Of a stretch of DNA of 64,000 bases, positions 1 to 9,488 are shown piece after piece. The stretch lies in contig CAWGEI010000005.1 of NCBI GenBank assembly GCA_963821585.1, forward strand, positions 1,094,603 through 1,158,602. Reading direction: 5' to 3'. Source of the stretch: an uncultured Acidobacteriota bacterium (GTDB lineage: Bacteria; Acidobacteriota; Thermoanaerobaculia; Gp7-AA8). The position numbers and the translations under genes were made by a program. How positions within the stretch are numbered: position 1 is the first letter of the stretch; every line of letters starts with the position of its first letter. The notes under the pieces are model-generated. The model saw only the letters and a list, made by a program, of their open reading frames with translations, was not told the origin of the DNA and did not search any database.

Positions 1-291
1 CACGAACGCAAACGCCATCACCACCCACGCCGCCGCGTACGACCCGTACAGTCCGAGGGTCTCCGGAGCGCTGAGCGGCTGATTGCGGAACAGCATCACC
101 GCCGTCATCGGCAACGCCGCGAACGCCGCGATCAGCAGCGCCGCCTTGAGCGCCACCGTTGCCAGCTCCACCCAGAACGTCCGCGAGCTCCACGGATCGA
201 GCGCGAACCACCGCTCGATGCCGTGGGTCAGGTAACCCCGGTCGCGTAACTGGGCGCGCAGCGCCTCGACATCGGACACGGCGCGGATCAT
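1..291 (-). CDS. hypothetical membrane protein, N-terminal 97 codons only (gene continues past the left edge)
   Basis: The minus-strand frame is open from base 1 to an ATG (complement of 289-291): MIRAVSDVEALRAQLRDRGYLTHGIERWFALDPWSSRTFWVELATVALKAALLIAAFAALPMTAVMLF... Almost every third position is G/C and there is a hydrophobic segment. It is absent from the ORF track because it is edge-truncated. Confidence 0.4.
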   Translation of the reverse strand, partial: MIRAVSDVEALRAQLRDRGYLTHGIERWFALDPWSSRTFWVELATVALKAALLIAAFAALPMTAVMLFRNQPLSAPETLGLYGSYAAAWVVMAFAFV

Positions 292-305
292 AACGAAGAG
301 GGCAC

Positions 306-380
306 GAGCGCAGAGGGCAGAGGGCAGAAGAATCACGACAACGTTTCGGTTCCGGCTTCTGCGCTCTGCCCTCTGCGCTC
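306..380. repeat. long hairpin with a stem made of CAGAGGG heptamers (arms 306-330 / 356-380, 1 mismatch)
   Basis: GAGCGCAGAGGGCAGAGGGCAGAAG ... CTTCTGCGCTCTGCCCTCTGCGCTC. It sits between two divergent start codons (291 and 412). Confidence 0.8.
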
Positions 381-411
381 TGCCCTCCCATCCCTTTCGG
401 AATACGGCCCG

Positions 412-1263
412 ATGGCCACGTTGTACTGCCCGGTCCCCATGACCGCAACGTCCCGGCGCCGCTCGCTGCCGAAAATCCTCTCAGGTCTCATCCTGCTCCT
501 CGGCGTCATCGCGCTGAAGGCCAAAGGCCTGCTCCTCCTGTTCTTCGACAAGGTCCGGGTCTTCTTCGTCAATCCCTTCGAAGGCTTCGGCACCGTGCAG
601 TACGCCATCGCGGGCGGCTCTTTCGTCGTCACCATCGCCGCCTACACCACCCAGTTCCCCCTCGGCGTCGTCACCGGCTTCGTCGGCATCACCCTGATCC
701 ACGAGATCGGCCACGCCATGGCCATCCGCGCCAAGGGCCTCCGGGCCGGCTTCATGGTCTTCATCCCCTTCATCGGCGGCGCCGTCACCATGAAAGGCCA
801 GCCGCGGACCGTCTTCGACGACGCCATCATCGGCCTGGCCGGGCCGGCTTCGCGGACTTTGGCCTCGCTCGTGATCCTGCAGGTCTACAAGTGGACGTAC
901 GACCCGCTCTACCTCCTGATCGCCTTCGTCGGGTTCGTCCTCAACCTGATGAATCTATTGCCGATCGGGATGCTCGACGGCGGCCGCATCTCCGCGGCCA
1001 TGACCAAGTGGATGTGGGTCCTCGGCGGCGGCGCGATCGTCTACAAGGTGGTCGACCAGCCCAACCCCCTGACCATCATCATTGCCGTGCTCGCCGCGTT
1101 CCAGGTCTACGCCTCGATCGTCCGCGAGAAGACCGACCCCCGTTTCTACGAGATCACCGCCTTCCAGCGCGCGGCAATTGCCGTGCTCTATTTCGGGTTG
1201 GTGATCTTCTTAGGACACCAGACCTGGATGGCGTACGACCGGCTGGAGCTCTTGAGACAGTAG
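412..1263 (+). CDS. site-2 protease family zinc metalloprotease (peptidase M50)
   Basis: HEIGHAM (HExxH) lies in a hydrophobic segment, followed by NLMNLLPIGMLDGGRI (NxxPxxxLDG). The protein is a multi-pass membrane protein. Confidence 0.85.
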   Translation: MATLYCPVPMTATSRRRSLPKILSGLILLLGVIALKAKGLLLLFFDKVRVFFVNPFEGFGTVQYAIAGGSFVVTIAAYTTQFPLGVVTGFVGITLIHEIGHAMAIRAKGLRAGFMVFIPFIGGAVTMKGQPRTVFDDAIIGLAGPASRTLASLVILQVYKWTYDPLYLLIAFVGFVLNLMNLLPIGMLDGGRISAAMTKWMWVLGGGAIVYKVVDQPNPLTIIIAVLAAFQVYASIVREKTDPRFYEITAFQRAAIAVLYFGLVIFLGHQTWMAYDRLELLRQ

Positions 1264-1327
1264 TTGGCAGTTGACAGGAGAGCACGCCCGCCCTGGTCGG
1301 GTGGGGGCCTCCTGTCAACTGCCAACT
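1262..1327. repeat. GTTGGCAGTTGACAGGAG-family hairpin, terminator-like (arms 1262-1280 / 1309-1327)
   Basis: AGTTGGCAGTTGACAGGAG ... CTCCTGTCAACTGCCAACT is a perfect 19-bp stem. The TAG stop of the M50 gene (1261-1263) is part of the repeat. Confidence 0.8.
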
Positions 1328-1355
1328 GCAAACTGCCAACCCGGATTTGATAAGC

Positions 1356-1361
1356 TAGTTT
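1356..1361 (+). promoter_or_regulatory. -10-like hexamer TAGTTT exactly 6 nt upstream of the ATG at 1368 (possible leaderless start)
   Basis: TAnnnT hexamer with no Shine-Dalgarno sequence. The same geometry occurs at 12733 and 13512. Confidence 0.25.
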
Positions 1362-1367
1362 GACCCC

Positions 1368-1616
1368 ATGACGCTCTGCTTCTTCATCGCAATCGCCCTG
1401 AGCTTCCTGACCGACGCGGCCGTGTCGCGTCCGGCGCTGGTCAGCGTGGCGATTGCCCGTGACTCGCGCCGCTCCCAGCGGGCGAGGCAGACCGTGGTGC
1501 GCTTCGCGCGCGACGGCCGCGCCCGGCGCCCGGTTTTCGGCGCGGTCCGCGTCCGCCGCGTCCTCGCGCCCCTCACCGGCGCCGCCTCGCCGCGCGCCCC
1601 CGCGACCGGCTGCTGA
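1368..1616 (+). CDS. small ORF (82 aa) immediately upstream of secA; hydrophobic N-terminus, Arg-rich body, C-terminus ...SPRAPATGC
   Basis: By my count 77 of 82 codons end in G/C, which is the coding signature of this genome. The N-terminus is MTLCFFIAIALSFLTDAAV. The ORF stops 70 nt before the secA ATG. I recognise no homolog. Confidence 0.4.
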   Translation: MTLCFFIAIALSFLTDAAVSRPALVSVAIARDSRRSQRARQTVVRFARDGRARRPVFGAVRVRRVLAPLTGAASPRAPATGC

Positions 1617-1685
1617 GCGTCTCCTTTCCGTCGCCCGGGCGTGGTGGTTGCTGCGCCTTTCACCTTTCCGTATTGGGAGATCCCC

Positions 1686-4419
<2,734 letters not shown>

Positions 4420-4421
4420 GG

Positions 4422-4462
4422 TCTCTGTGCCTCTGTGGACTCACCACAGAGGCACAGAGGAC
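4422..4462. repeat. CTCTGTG-family hairpin directly after the secA stop (terminator-like)
   Basis: GTCTCTGTGCCTCTGTGGA ctca CCACAGAGGCACAGAGGAC. Confidence 0.75.
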
Positions 4463-4682
4463 ACAGAGGAGGACGGAGACTTTTTTTCTAGGAATGCGGT
4501 GGCGCGGGCGGCCGGGCGGGTGGAGCCACCGCTCTGGTACGGAGGCGGCCCCCGTCCCGCTCTTGCCATAACCCGGGATTGTGGTGCCGGCGCCCTCGCC
4601 GGCCGTAACGCCGGCGCCTCGCCGGCCGGGAAGGCGACGCCGAGCCGCAACCAAGATTCTTGCAAACGAAGCCTCTGTGGTC

Positions 4683-4738
4683 TCTGTGGTGAACGGTCTC
4701 TTCATCGTGGCAGGAACGCAGGAGGACCGTTCACCACA
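4683..4738. repeat. CTCTGTGGTGAA-family partial element with 15-bp inverted arms
   Basis: CTGTGGTGAACGGTC (4683-4697) pairs with GACCGTTCACCACAG (4724-4738) and is preceded by CCTCTGTGGTCTCTGTGG. Confidence 0.65.
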
Positions 4739-4784
4739 GGCCCCATGGACGGCAGCCGGCCACCGGTAACGAAGTGGTGCAGAC

Positions 4785-4896
4785 GAGCCAACGTAGGGCG
4801 TGGCTTCAGCCCGCCTCTCGGGCGGGGTGGGGACTTTACGAACCTGCCATGCTCACAGCGGGGAGGCGGGCTGAAGCCACGCCCTACATTGGCTCG
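4785..4896. repeat. ~110-bp palindromic element, GTAGGGCGTGGCTTCAGCCCGCC family (copy 1 of 2)
   Basis: GAGCCAACGTAGGGCGTGGCTTCAGCCCGCC ... GGCGGGCTGAAGCCACGCCCTACATTGGCTC forms 31-nt arms with 1 mismatch. The second copy is at 50288-50385. Confidence 0.85.
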
Positions 4897-5007
4897 TCGT
4901 GGATGCAAGGAGACTTTCGCAGCAGAGAACACAGAGAGCACAAAGGGTTCGCGGCGAAATCGTTGCGGCACGCGTCACTCGGGAACGCGTTATCCTCCCC
5001 ACACCCC

Positions 5008-5223
5008 ATGGACCCGAGGCAGATCATTCACTCCGATCCCGAGATCGTCAGCGGTACGCCGGTGTTCGTTGGAACCCGCGTTCCCGCCCAGGCTCTCCTC
5101 GACTACCTCGAGGGCGGGGAAACGATCGACGAATTCCTCGATGACTTCCCGACCGTATCGCGCGAACAGGTCATCGCATTTCTGGAAGAGGCCGGGCGGG
5201 CATTGCTCGCCAACATCGCGTAA
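5008..5223 (+). CDS. DUF433 domain protein (antitoxin-like small DNA-binding protein)
   Basis: MDPRQIIHSDPEIVSGTPVFVGTRVPAQALLDYLEGGETIDEFLDDFPTVSREQVIAFLEEAG is the typical DUF433 pattern. The internal ATG at 5008 was chosen because the upstream part of ORF 4774.. overlaps a palindromic repeat. Confidence 0.7.
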   Translation: MDPRQIIHSDPEIVSGTPVFVGTRVPAQALLDYLEGGETIDEFLDDFPTVSREQVIAFLEEAGRALLANIA

Positions 5224-5225
5224 GG

Positions 5226-5306
5226 CTCCGTCCCCTCTTGTGCTCTCTGCGCCTCTGTGGTGAATCCCACGCTCCCATTCCCCACAGAGCCACAGAGAAC
5301 ACAGAG
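5226..5306. repeat. CTCTGTG-family inverted repeat after the DUF433 gene
   Basis: CTCCGTCCCCTCTTGTGCTCTCTGCGCCTCTGTGGTGAAT ... CCACAGAGCCACAGAGAACACAGAG. Confidence 0.7.
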
Positions 5307-5508
5307 GGCGAAGATTACGGTCGAACCGCGAGGTCCCGCTTTCCCGTGGATGTGAGCTTGCCCCCGTTCATCCGCGCGAGAAACGCGTTCGCGATTCTGA
5401 GGTGACCGGCATTTTCGGGATGAGCCCGGTCGCCGGAACCGTCTACATTCAACCGCTCCGGTCGGTTGGAGCGCAGCGTTGGGCGGCCGCCGCATTGACG
5501 TCACGTGA

Positions 5509-5841
5509 ATGATGACTCAGACTAACTTCGTGCAACTGTCTCAGGCCGCTTGGGCCACGCTCGGTAAAGTTGGCGCCGGTTTGGTTACGGTGCTAACAAT
5601 AATACTAATCGGCCTGCAAATCTCGGATGCGCTGAGTAAACCGGATGTAACCGCTGTATTTCGCAAGCGCGAGAACAACCTTTCGCCGAAGCAGCGCGAG
5701 GACGTGAAGGAGCGGGTTCCGCGGAAGCGTCTACAAACGATGATCGTGCCGGGGAAAAGAGTGGTGAGCGCGCGGATAAGATCCTCGGTTCTATCAAGGA
5801 CGAACTGGCCAAGGACCGGTCCGAGTTCGACTTCGCATTGA
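5509..5841 (+). CDS. hypothetical protein with an N-terminal TM helix; the C-terminal third looks out of frame
   Basis: Lower-GC region. The sequence MMTQTNFVQLSQAAWATLGKVGAGLVTVLTIILIGLQI is plausible. After ~5715 the translation turns R/S/P-rich, while the frame of the next ORF reads protein-like (DKILGSIKDELAKDRSEFDFA). Confidence 0.35.
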   Translation: MMTQTNFVQLSQAAWATLGKVGAGLVTVLTIILIGLQISDALSKPDVTAVFRKRENNLSPKQREDVKERVPRKRLQTMIVPGKRVVSARIRSSVLSRTNWPRTGPSSTSH

Positions 5842-6341
5842 TAGGTCTCGAATCATTGACCTCGGGAGCATGGTTAGTTGAGGTTACTAACAACAGTGGC
5901 GAGGTTGCCAAGGATGTTCGCCTCATCATACCGGGGTCCGGCAAGGCCGATATCTCAGTGCGACCGCTCGGCAGTTTCGACTTGAGCAAGTCCGCGGTTG
6001 ACTGGAAACAGGAAATACCTCTCGGATCAATCCCGCCGAATGGACGCGTTCAGCTTCTCGTCTGGCCTGACGAATCGCTCTTTCTCACATTCTTCGGAGT
6101 CAATGCAGGCGTAGTGCACGACAAGGGTTCCGGTGTGGTTCGCGAAGCCCACGAGTTCTTCGGCTGGGATGCCGATCTCGTTGCTTGGTTCCTTGGTCAG
6201 ACGGCGGTGACTCGCTATTCTCTGGGACTCCTCGCACTTGCGATCTTGATCGCACCCGTTTGGCTGCTTCGCAGGCGTGGTTATGTGGTATCTCGTCGGG
6301 GCGAAGGTGATGCGCCAGCAGCGACGACTGACAGTCCGTGA
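5838..6341 (+). CDS. hypothetical protein with a C-terminal TM helix (possibly the downstream part of a frameshifted 5509-6341 gene)
   Basis: A TTG start overlaps the previous stop (TTGA). The C-terminus carries a TM segment, YSLGLLALAILIAPVWLL. I recognise no homolog. Confidence 0.45.
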   Translation: MIGLESLTSGAWLVEVTNNSGEVAKDVRLIIPGSGKADISVRPLGSFDLSKSAVDWKQEIPLGSIPPNGRVQLLVWPDESLFLTFFGVNAGVVHDKGSGVVREAHEFFGWDADLVAWFLGQTAVTRYSLGLLALAILIAPVWLLRRRGYVVSRRGEGDAPAATTDSP

Positions 6342-6445
6342 TTTCGGTCCGCCGGACTTGACTTAGGCAGCAATCTACCACGCCAAACACCGCACATCCC
6401 GCCGCCTCCCGTCGCCCGCGCGGTGGGATATCCAGTGCTTCTCAA

Positions 6446-6545
6446 ATCGGCCTCCGTGGCTACGGCCAGCGCGACCCGCTGGTCGAGTACAAGCGCGAAT
6501 CCTTCGAGCTCTTCCAGTCCATGATGGAGCGCATCCAAGACCGCG
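6446..6545 (+). pseudogene. 100-nt fragment of a secA gene (equivalent to secA 4084-4183)
   Basis: 96/100 nt are identical to 4084-4183. The 4 differences are all third-position and synonymous (cgc>cgt, ccc>ccg, ctc>ctg, cag>caa). Homology ends abruptly on both sides. Confidence 0.9.
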
Positions 6546-6617
6546 CCGTGACGCCGTCACGCTTGCGACGCCGCAGCCAGCCGCCCCGGGTTCCGCCGCA
6601 ACCAGGTTTTCGCCGCG

Positions 6618-6652
6618 AAGCCTCTGTGCTCTCTGTGTCTCTGTGGTGAATC
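6618..6652. repeat. solo half-copy of the CTCTGTG...GTGGTGAAT repeat
   Basis: GCCTCTGTGCTCTCTGTGTCTCTGTGGTGAATCGG is nearly identical to the left arm at 55636-55666. No partner arm is visible. Confidence 0.7.
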
Positions 6653-6700
6653 GGTTCCCCTTCGTGCCTGCCGCGCCTGGGACCCGCGGTCGAGAAGAAG

Positions 6701-7201
6701 ATGGATCCCGAGCTGTACATCGAGTTTCGCGGGCCTGCCGGTCGACTCGTTGTCGCACACGAGCTCGGGTCGGGCCCGTGGGTAGAAGTTGCGGTTCCCA
6801 CCGCAAGTGGCCGGGAACGCTCGTTCGGCCTGCACACCATCGTCGAACATCGTGAAGGCTCGCCCCACTCGTTCGACGCAACGACCAAAGCAGCCAGCCT
6901 GGACGCACAAGTGCGGATGCTGGCCGATCTCACCAGCAAACACGCCGGCAGCCCGCTCAAAGAGCGGACCGCCAACCTTAGCTGTGTGCCCTGGGAATGC
7001 CGTTTTCTGTTCGATCCCTGTCTGTTGCGTGCGCTTGACATCAGGGATCGCGGGGATGCGCTTGCAACGGATTCTTTGAGGGGCCTCGTTCACGAGCAGC
7101 CGGGCCAGCGCACTCGCATTCCTGCGGCCCTCGAGAAGCTAGTTTCTCAGGGCGTCTCCGCGGTTGACGTGATCCGCGATGCGATCCGGTTGCGCTATTA
7201 A
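6701..7201 (+). CDS. hypothetical protein
   Basis: 166-aa ORF with moderate codon bias. No motif recognised. Confidence 0.4.
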   Translation: MDPELYIEFRGPAGRLVVAHELGSGPWVEVAVPTASGRERSFGLHTIVEHREGSPHSFDATTKAASLDAQVRMLADLTSKHAGSPLKERTANLSCVPWECRFLFDPCLLRALDIRDRGDALATDSLRGLVHEQPGQRTRIPAALEKLVSQGVSAVDVIRDAIRLRY

Positions 7202-7367
7202 CGCGGAGTTGGAGATGGCGTGGGGAGTTCCCTGAAGACTGTCGCCGTTCGGCCGACCTGGCCACGGGGAGCGCGCCCGCCTGCTGATGGGACGAGGACA
7301 GGTCAACGCGCAGAGAGTCGCGTCACTGACCTGCCTCGTCGTATTGCCTTATGGTGTCGCGGACGTC

Positions 7368-7799
7368 TTAGTCAAGGCCCCAGCTCACCTGGCAGTCCAT
7401 CTGGCTGCCGGACGACGCTGCTTTCTGGAGCGTGACACGGATGCTGCTCGTGAAGCGGACGTTGAACGGAACCCAGCCGGTGTACGCAACCACATAGCCC
7501 GGATCGCCGACTTGCGGCAGATAGCCCGGACGCAGCGTGACGGATTGCGCCGCTCCGCCGTTCACGTAGAACTTGACCAGGGCGTCCGGGAGGTTCCCCC
7601 ATCCGTCCTGGTTCAATGCGCAAATAATGCCCTTGACATTGCCGGCGCCATTCGTCGTCGCAATGAGGTCCGTCGGCGTAGTGTTTGAATTGTTGCTCGC
7701 CGTGTTCAGTTTCGGCTGCGTCAGACCGTCATCCGCGGCCATTGCGGCAGGCGACACACATAAAATACCGACAACGAGCACTACCAATAGGTTTCTCAC
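7368..7799 (-). CDS. small secreted hypothetical protein
   Basis: A GTG start is preceded by GGGAGA with a 5-nt spacer. The signal peptide is VRNLLVVLVVGILCVSPAAMA/ADD. The body is beta-rich and GC is lower than in the backbone. Confidence 0.55.
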   Translation of the reverse strand: MRNLLVVLVVGILCVSPAAMAADDGLTQPKLNTASNNSNTTPTDLIATTNGAGNVKGIICALNQDGWGNLPDALVKFYVNGGAAQSVTLRPGYLPQVGDPGYVVAYTGWVPFNVRFTSSIRVTLQKAASSGSQMDCQVSWGLD

Positions 7800-8013
7800 G
7801 TTGTTCTCCCGTAGTTGAATTGACAACTCAGACGATGCATCCGACAGAGATGTTCTTCATCGAGCTCATTCTGTCGGGTTTGTCATTCCGGACGACGTCG
7901 CAATGATGCGGAAATGGTGGATATGCAGCTAGAGACATTATGTGACGCAGAAGGTTCGACCAGCGGGATGCGCATATGGACGATGGGCAAGGAACGCATA
8001 CCCGTAGTTGGGA

Positions 8014-8019
8014 TATCGT
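8014..8019 (+). promoter_or_regulatory. -10-like hexamer TATCGT 7 nt upstream of the ATG at 8027
   Basis: TAnnnT hexamer with no Shine-Dalgarno sequence before 8027. Confidence 0.2.
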
Positions 8020-8026
8020 GTTGCCG

Positions 8027-8395
8027 ATGCGAACGATCGGTGTGCTCCTGCTGCTGTTGTCGTCAGTCGCGGCGCGTGGTGAAGAGGCGGCGCCAGCGCC
8101 CAGGTTCTTCCTCGTGCAGTTCACGGTGGGGGAGGCGTGGGCCAAGGACAAGGCGCCGCACGAGCAGGCTTATTTTGCCGAGCACTCGGCAAACCTCAAG
8201 CGATTGCGCACGGAAGGGAAGTTACTTCTCGGCGGGCGTTACGCGGACAAGGGAATCATCATCGTGGCGGGTGTGTCGGAAGAGGCGGTACGGGCGGAGA
8301 TCGATCGGGATCCGTCTGTGGTGAACGGCACGTTCACGGCCGCCGTGCATCCGTTCGCTCCGTTCTACGAGGGCTGCGTCGAGCGGCGGGAATGA
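8027..8395 (+). CDS. YciI-like (YCII-related) domain protein with a signal peptide
   Basis: MRTIGVLLLLLSSVAARGEE... is followed by FFLVQFTVGEAW...EHSANLKRLRTEGKLLLGGRYADKGIIIVAGVSEEAVRAEIDRDPSV, the typical YciI-like pattern. Confidence 0.6.
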   Translation: MRTIGVLLLLLSSVAARGEEAAPAPRFFLVQFTVGEAWAKDKAPHEQAYFAEHSANLKRLRTEGKLLLGGRYADKGIIIVAGVSEEAVRAEIDRDPSVVNGTFTAAVHPFAPFYEGCVERRE

Positions 8396-8398
8396 CGG

Positions 8399-8986
8399 AT
8401 GCTCTTCAAGCGCGACGTTCTCGCGGCGATCGCACGAGGTGAGGTGGCGGTCGCCTTCAGACGGTGGCGGCGCCCGACCGTTCGTGCCGGAAGCCGCCTG
8501 CGTACGGCGGCGGGCGTCCTGCTGATTGAGTCCGTGGAGCCTGTGGAGGTGGAGGCCGTTTCGGAGCAGGCGGCTCGCGAGGCGGGCTACGCATCCCGAG
8601 AGGAAGCTTTCCAGCATCTTACCGTCGGCGACGGTTCGGTCTATCGGATTCGCTTTCGCGTGGCCGGCGAGGATTCCCGCGTCGCGCTTCGTGAGGAGGT
8701 GCCGCCGGATCGATCGGGTTTCGAGGCGGTCGCGGCGGCCCTCGAGCGGCTGGACCGGAAGAGTCCATGGACGCGACGCTTCCTGGAGCTGATCCGGCGC
8801 AATCCGGGAGCTCCTGCGCAGGCGATGGCGGACGAAGAAAAGATGGAGCGGCTCGCGTTCAAGCGGCGGGTGCGCCAACTGAAAGAGCTTGGTCTGACGG
8901 AGAGTCTTCCCGTCGGATACCGGCTTTCCCCACGAGGCGAGGCCTTGGTCCGGTACGTCGATTCCATACGCCAGACGAAGTCGTGA
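8399..8986 (+). CDS. ASCH-like domain protein with a C-terminal helical (wHTH-like) region
   Basis: The N-terminus MLFKRDVLAAIARGEVAVAFRRWRRPTVRAGSRLR...LIESVEPVEV...AAREAG resembles ASCH-domain proteins. This is an assignment by eye only. Confidence 0.45.
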   Translation: MLFKRDVLAAIARGEVAVAFRRWRRPTVRAGSRLRTAAGVLLIESVEPVEVEAVSEQAAREAGYASREEAFQHLTVGDGSVYRIRFRVAGEDSRVALREEVPPDRSGFEAVAAALERLDRKSPWTRRFLELIRRNPGAPAQAMADEEKMERLAFKRRVRQLKELGLTESLPVGYRLSPRGEALVRYVDSIRQTKS

Positions 8987-9041
8987 CGTCCCGCTGCCGG
9001 ATCGCATGAGGCCCAGACCCTGGGGGACCCAGGCTCCGGCG

Positions 9042-9488
9042 GAGTCCTGACGTCACCAAGCCGTATGCCTCGCGAGGCACAGGCTGTGGTAACGAAACCA
9101 GACGGAGTCCTATCGTTACCAGACCGTGTGCCTCGCGAGGCACAGCCCTGTCCTAACGAAGCCAGACCGAGTCCTATCGTTACCAGACCGTGTGCCTCGC
9201 GAGGCACAGCCCTGTCCTGACGAAACCAGACCGAGTCCTATCGTTACCAGACCGTGTGCCTCGCGAGGCACAGCCCTGTCCTGACGAAACCAGACGGAGT
9301 CCCATCGTTACCAGACCGTGTGCTTCGCGAGGCACAGCCCTGTCCTGACGAAACCAGACGGAGTCCTATCGTCACCAGGCCGTGTGCTTCGCGAGGCACA
9401 GCCCTGTCCTGACGATGCCAGACGGAGTCCTATCGTCACCAGACCGTGTGCCTCGCGAGGCACAGCCTGTCGTGACGAAGGCACCCGC
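9042..9488. repeat. tandem array, 7 units of 64 bp (first unit 63 bp, last degenerate), each containing the perfect 18-bp palindrome TGTGCCTCGCGAGGCACA
   Basis: GAGTCC unit starts fall at 9042, 9105, 9169, 9233, 9297, 9361 and 9425. The units are near-identical over their full length. Confidence 0.95.

Noticed and set aside
4420-8000. Classical integrative element or prophage remnant after secA
   Set aside because: There is no integrase, recombinase or phage gene and no tRNA attachment site. Only the secA fragment and repeat elements are present, so it is described merely as a rearranged, lower-GC islet.
9042-9488. Possible CRISPR array, since the period of ~64 bp resembles repeat plus spacer
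   Set aside because: All 64 nt of each unit are repeated nearly identically, so there are no unique spacers. No cas genes are in the window. It is a plain tandem repeat.
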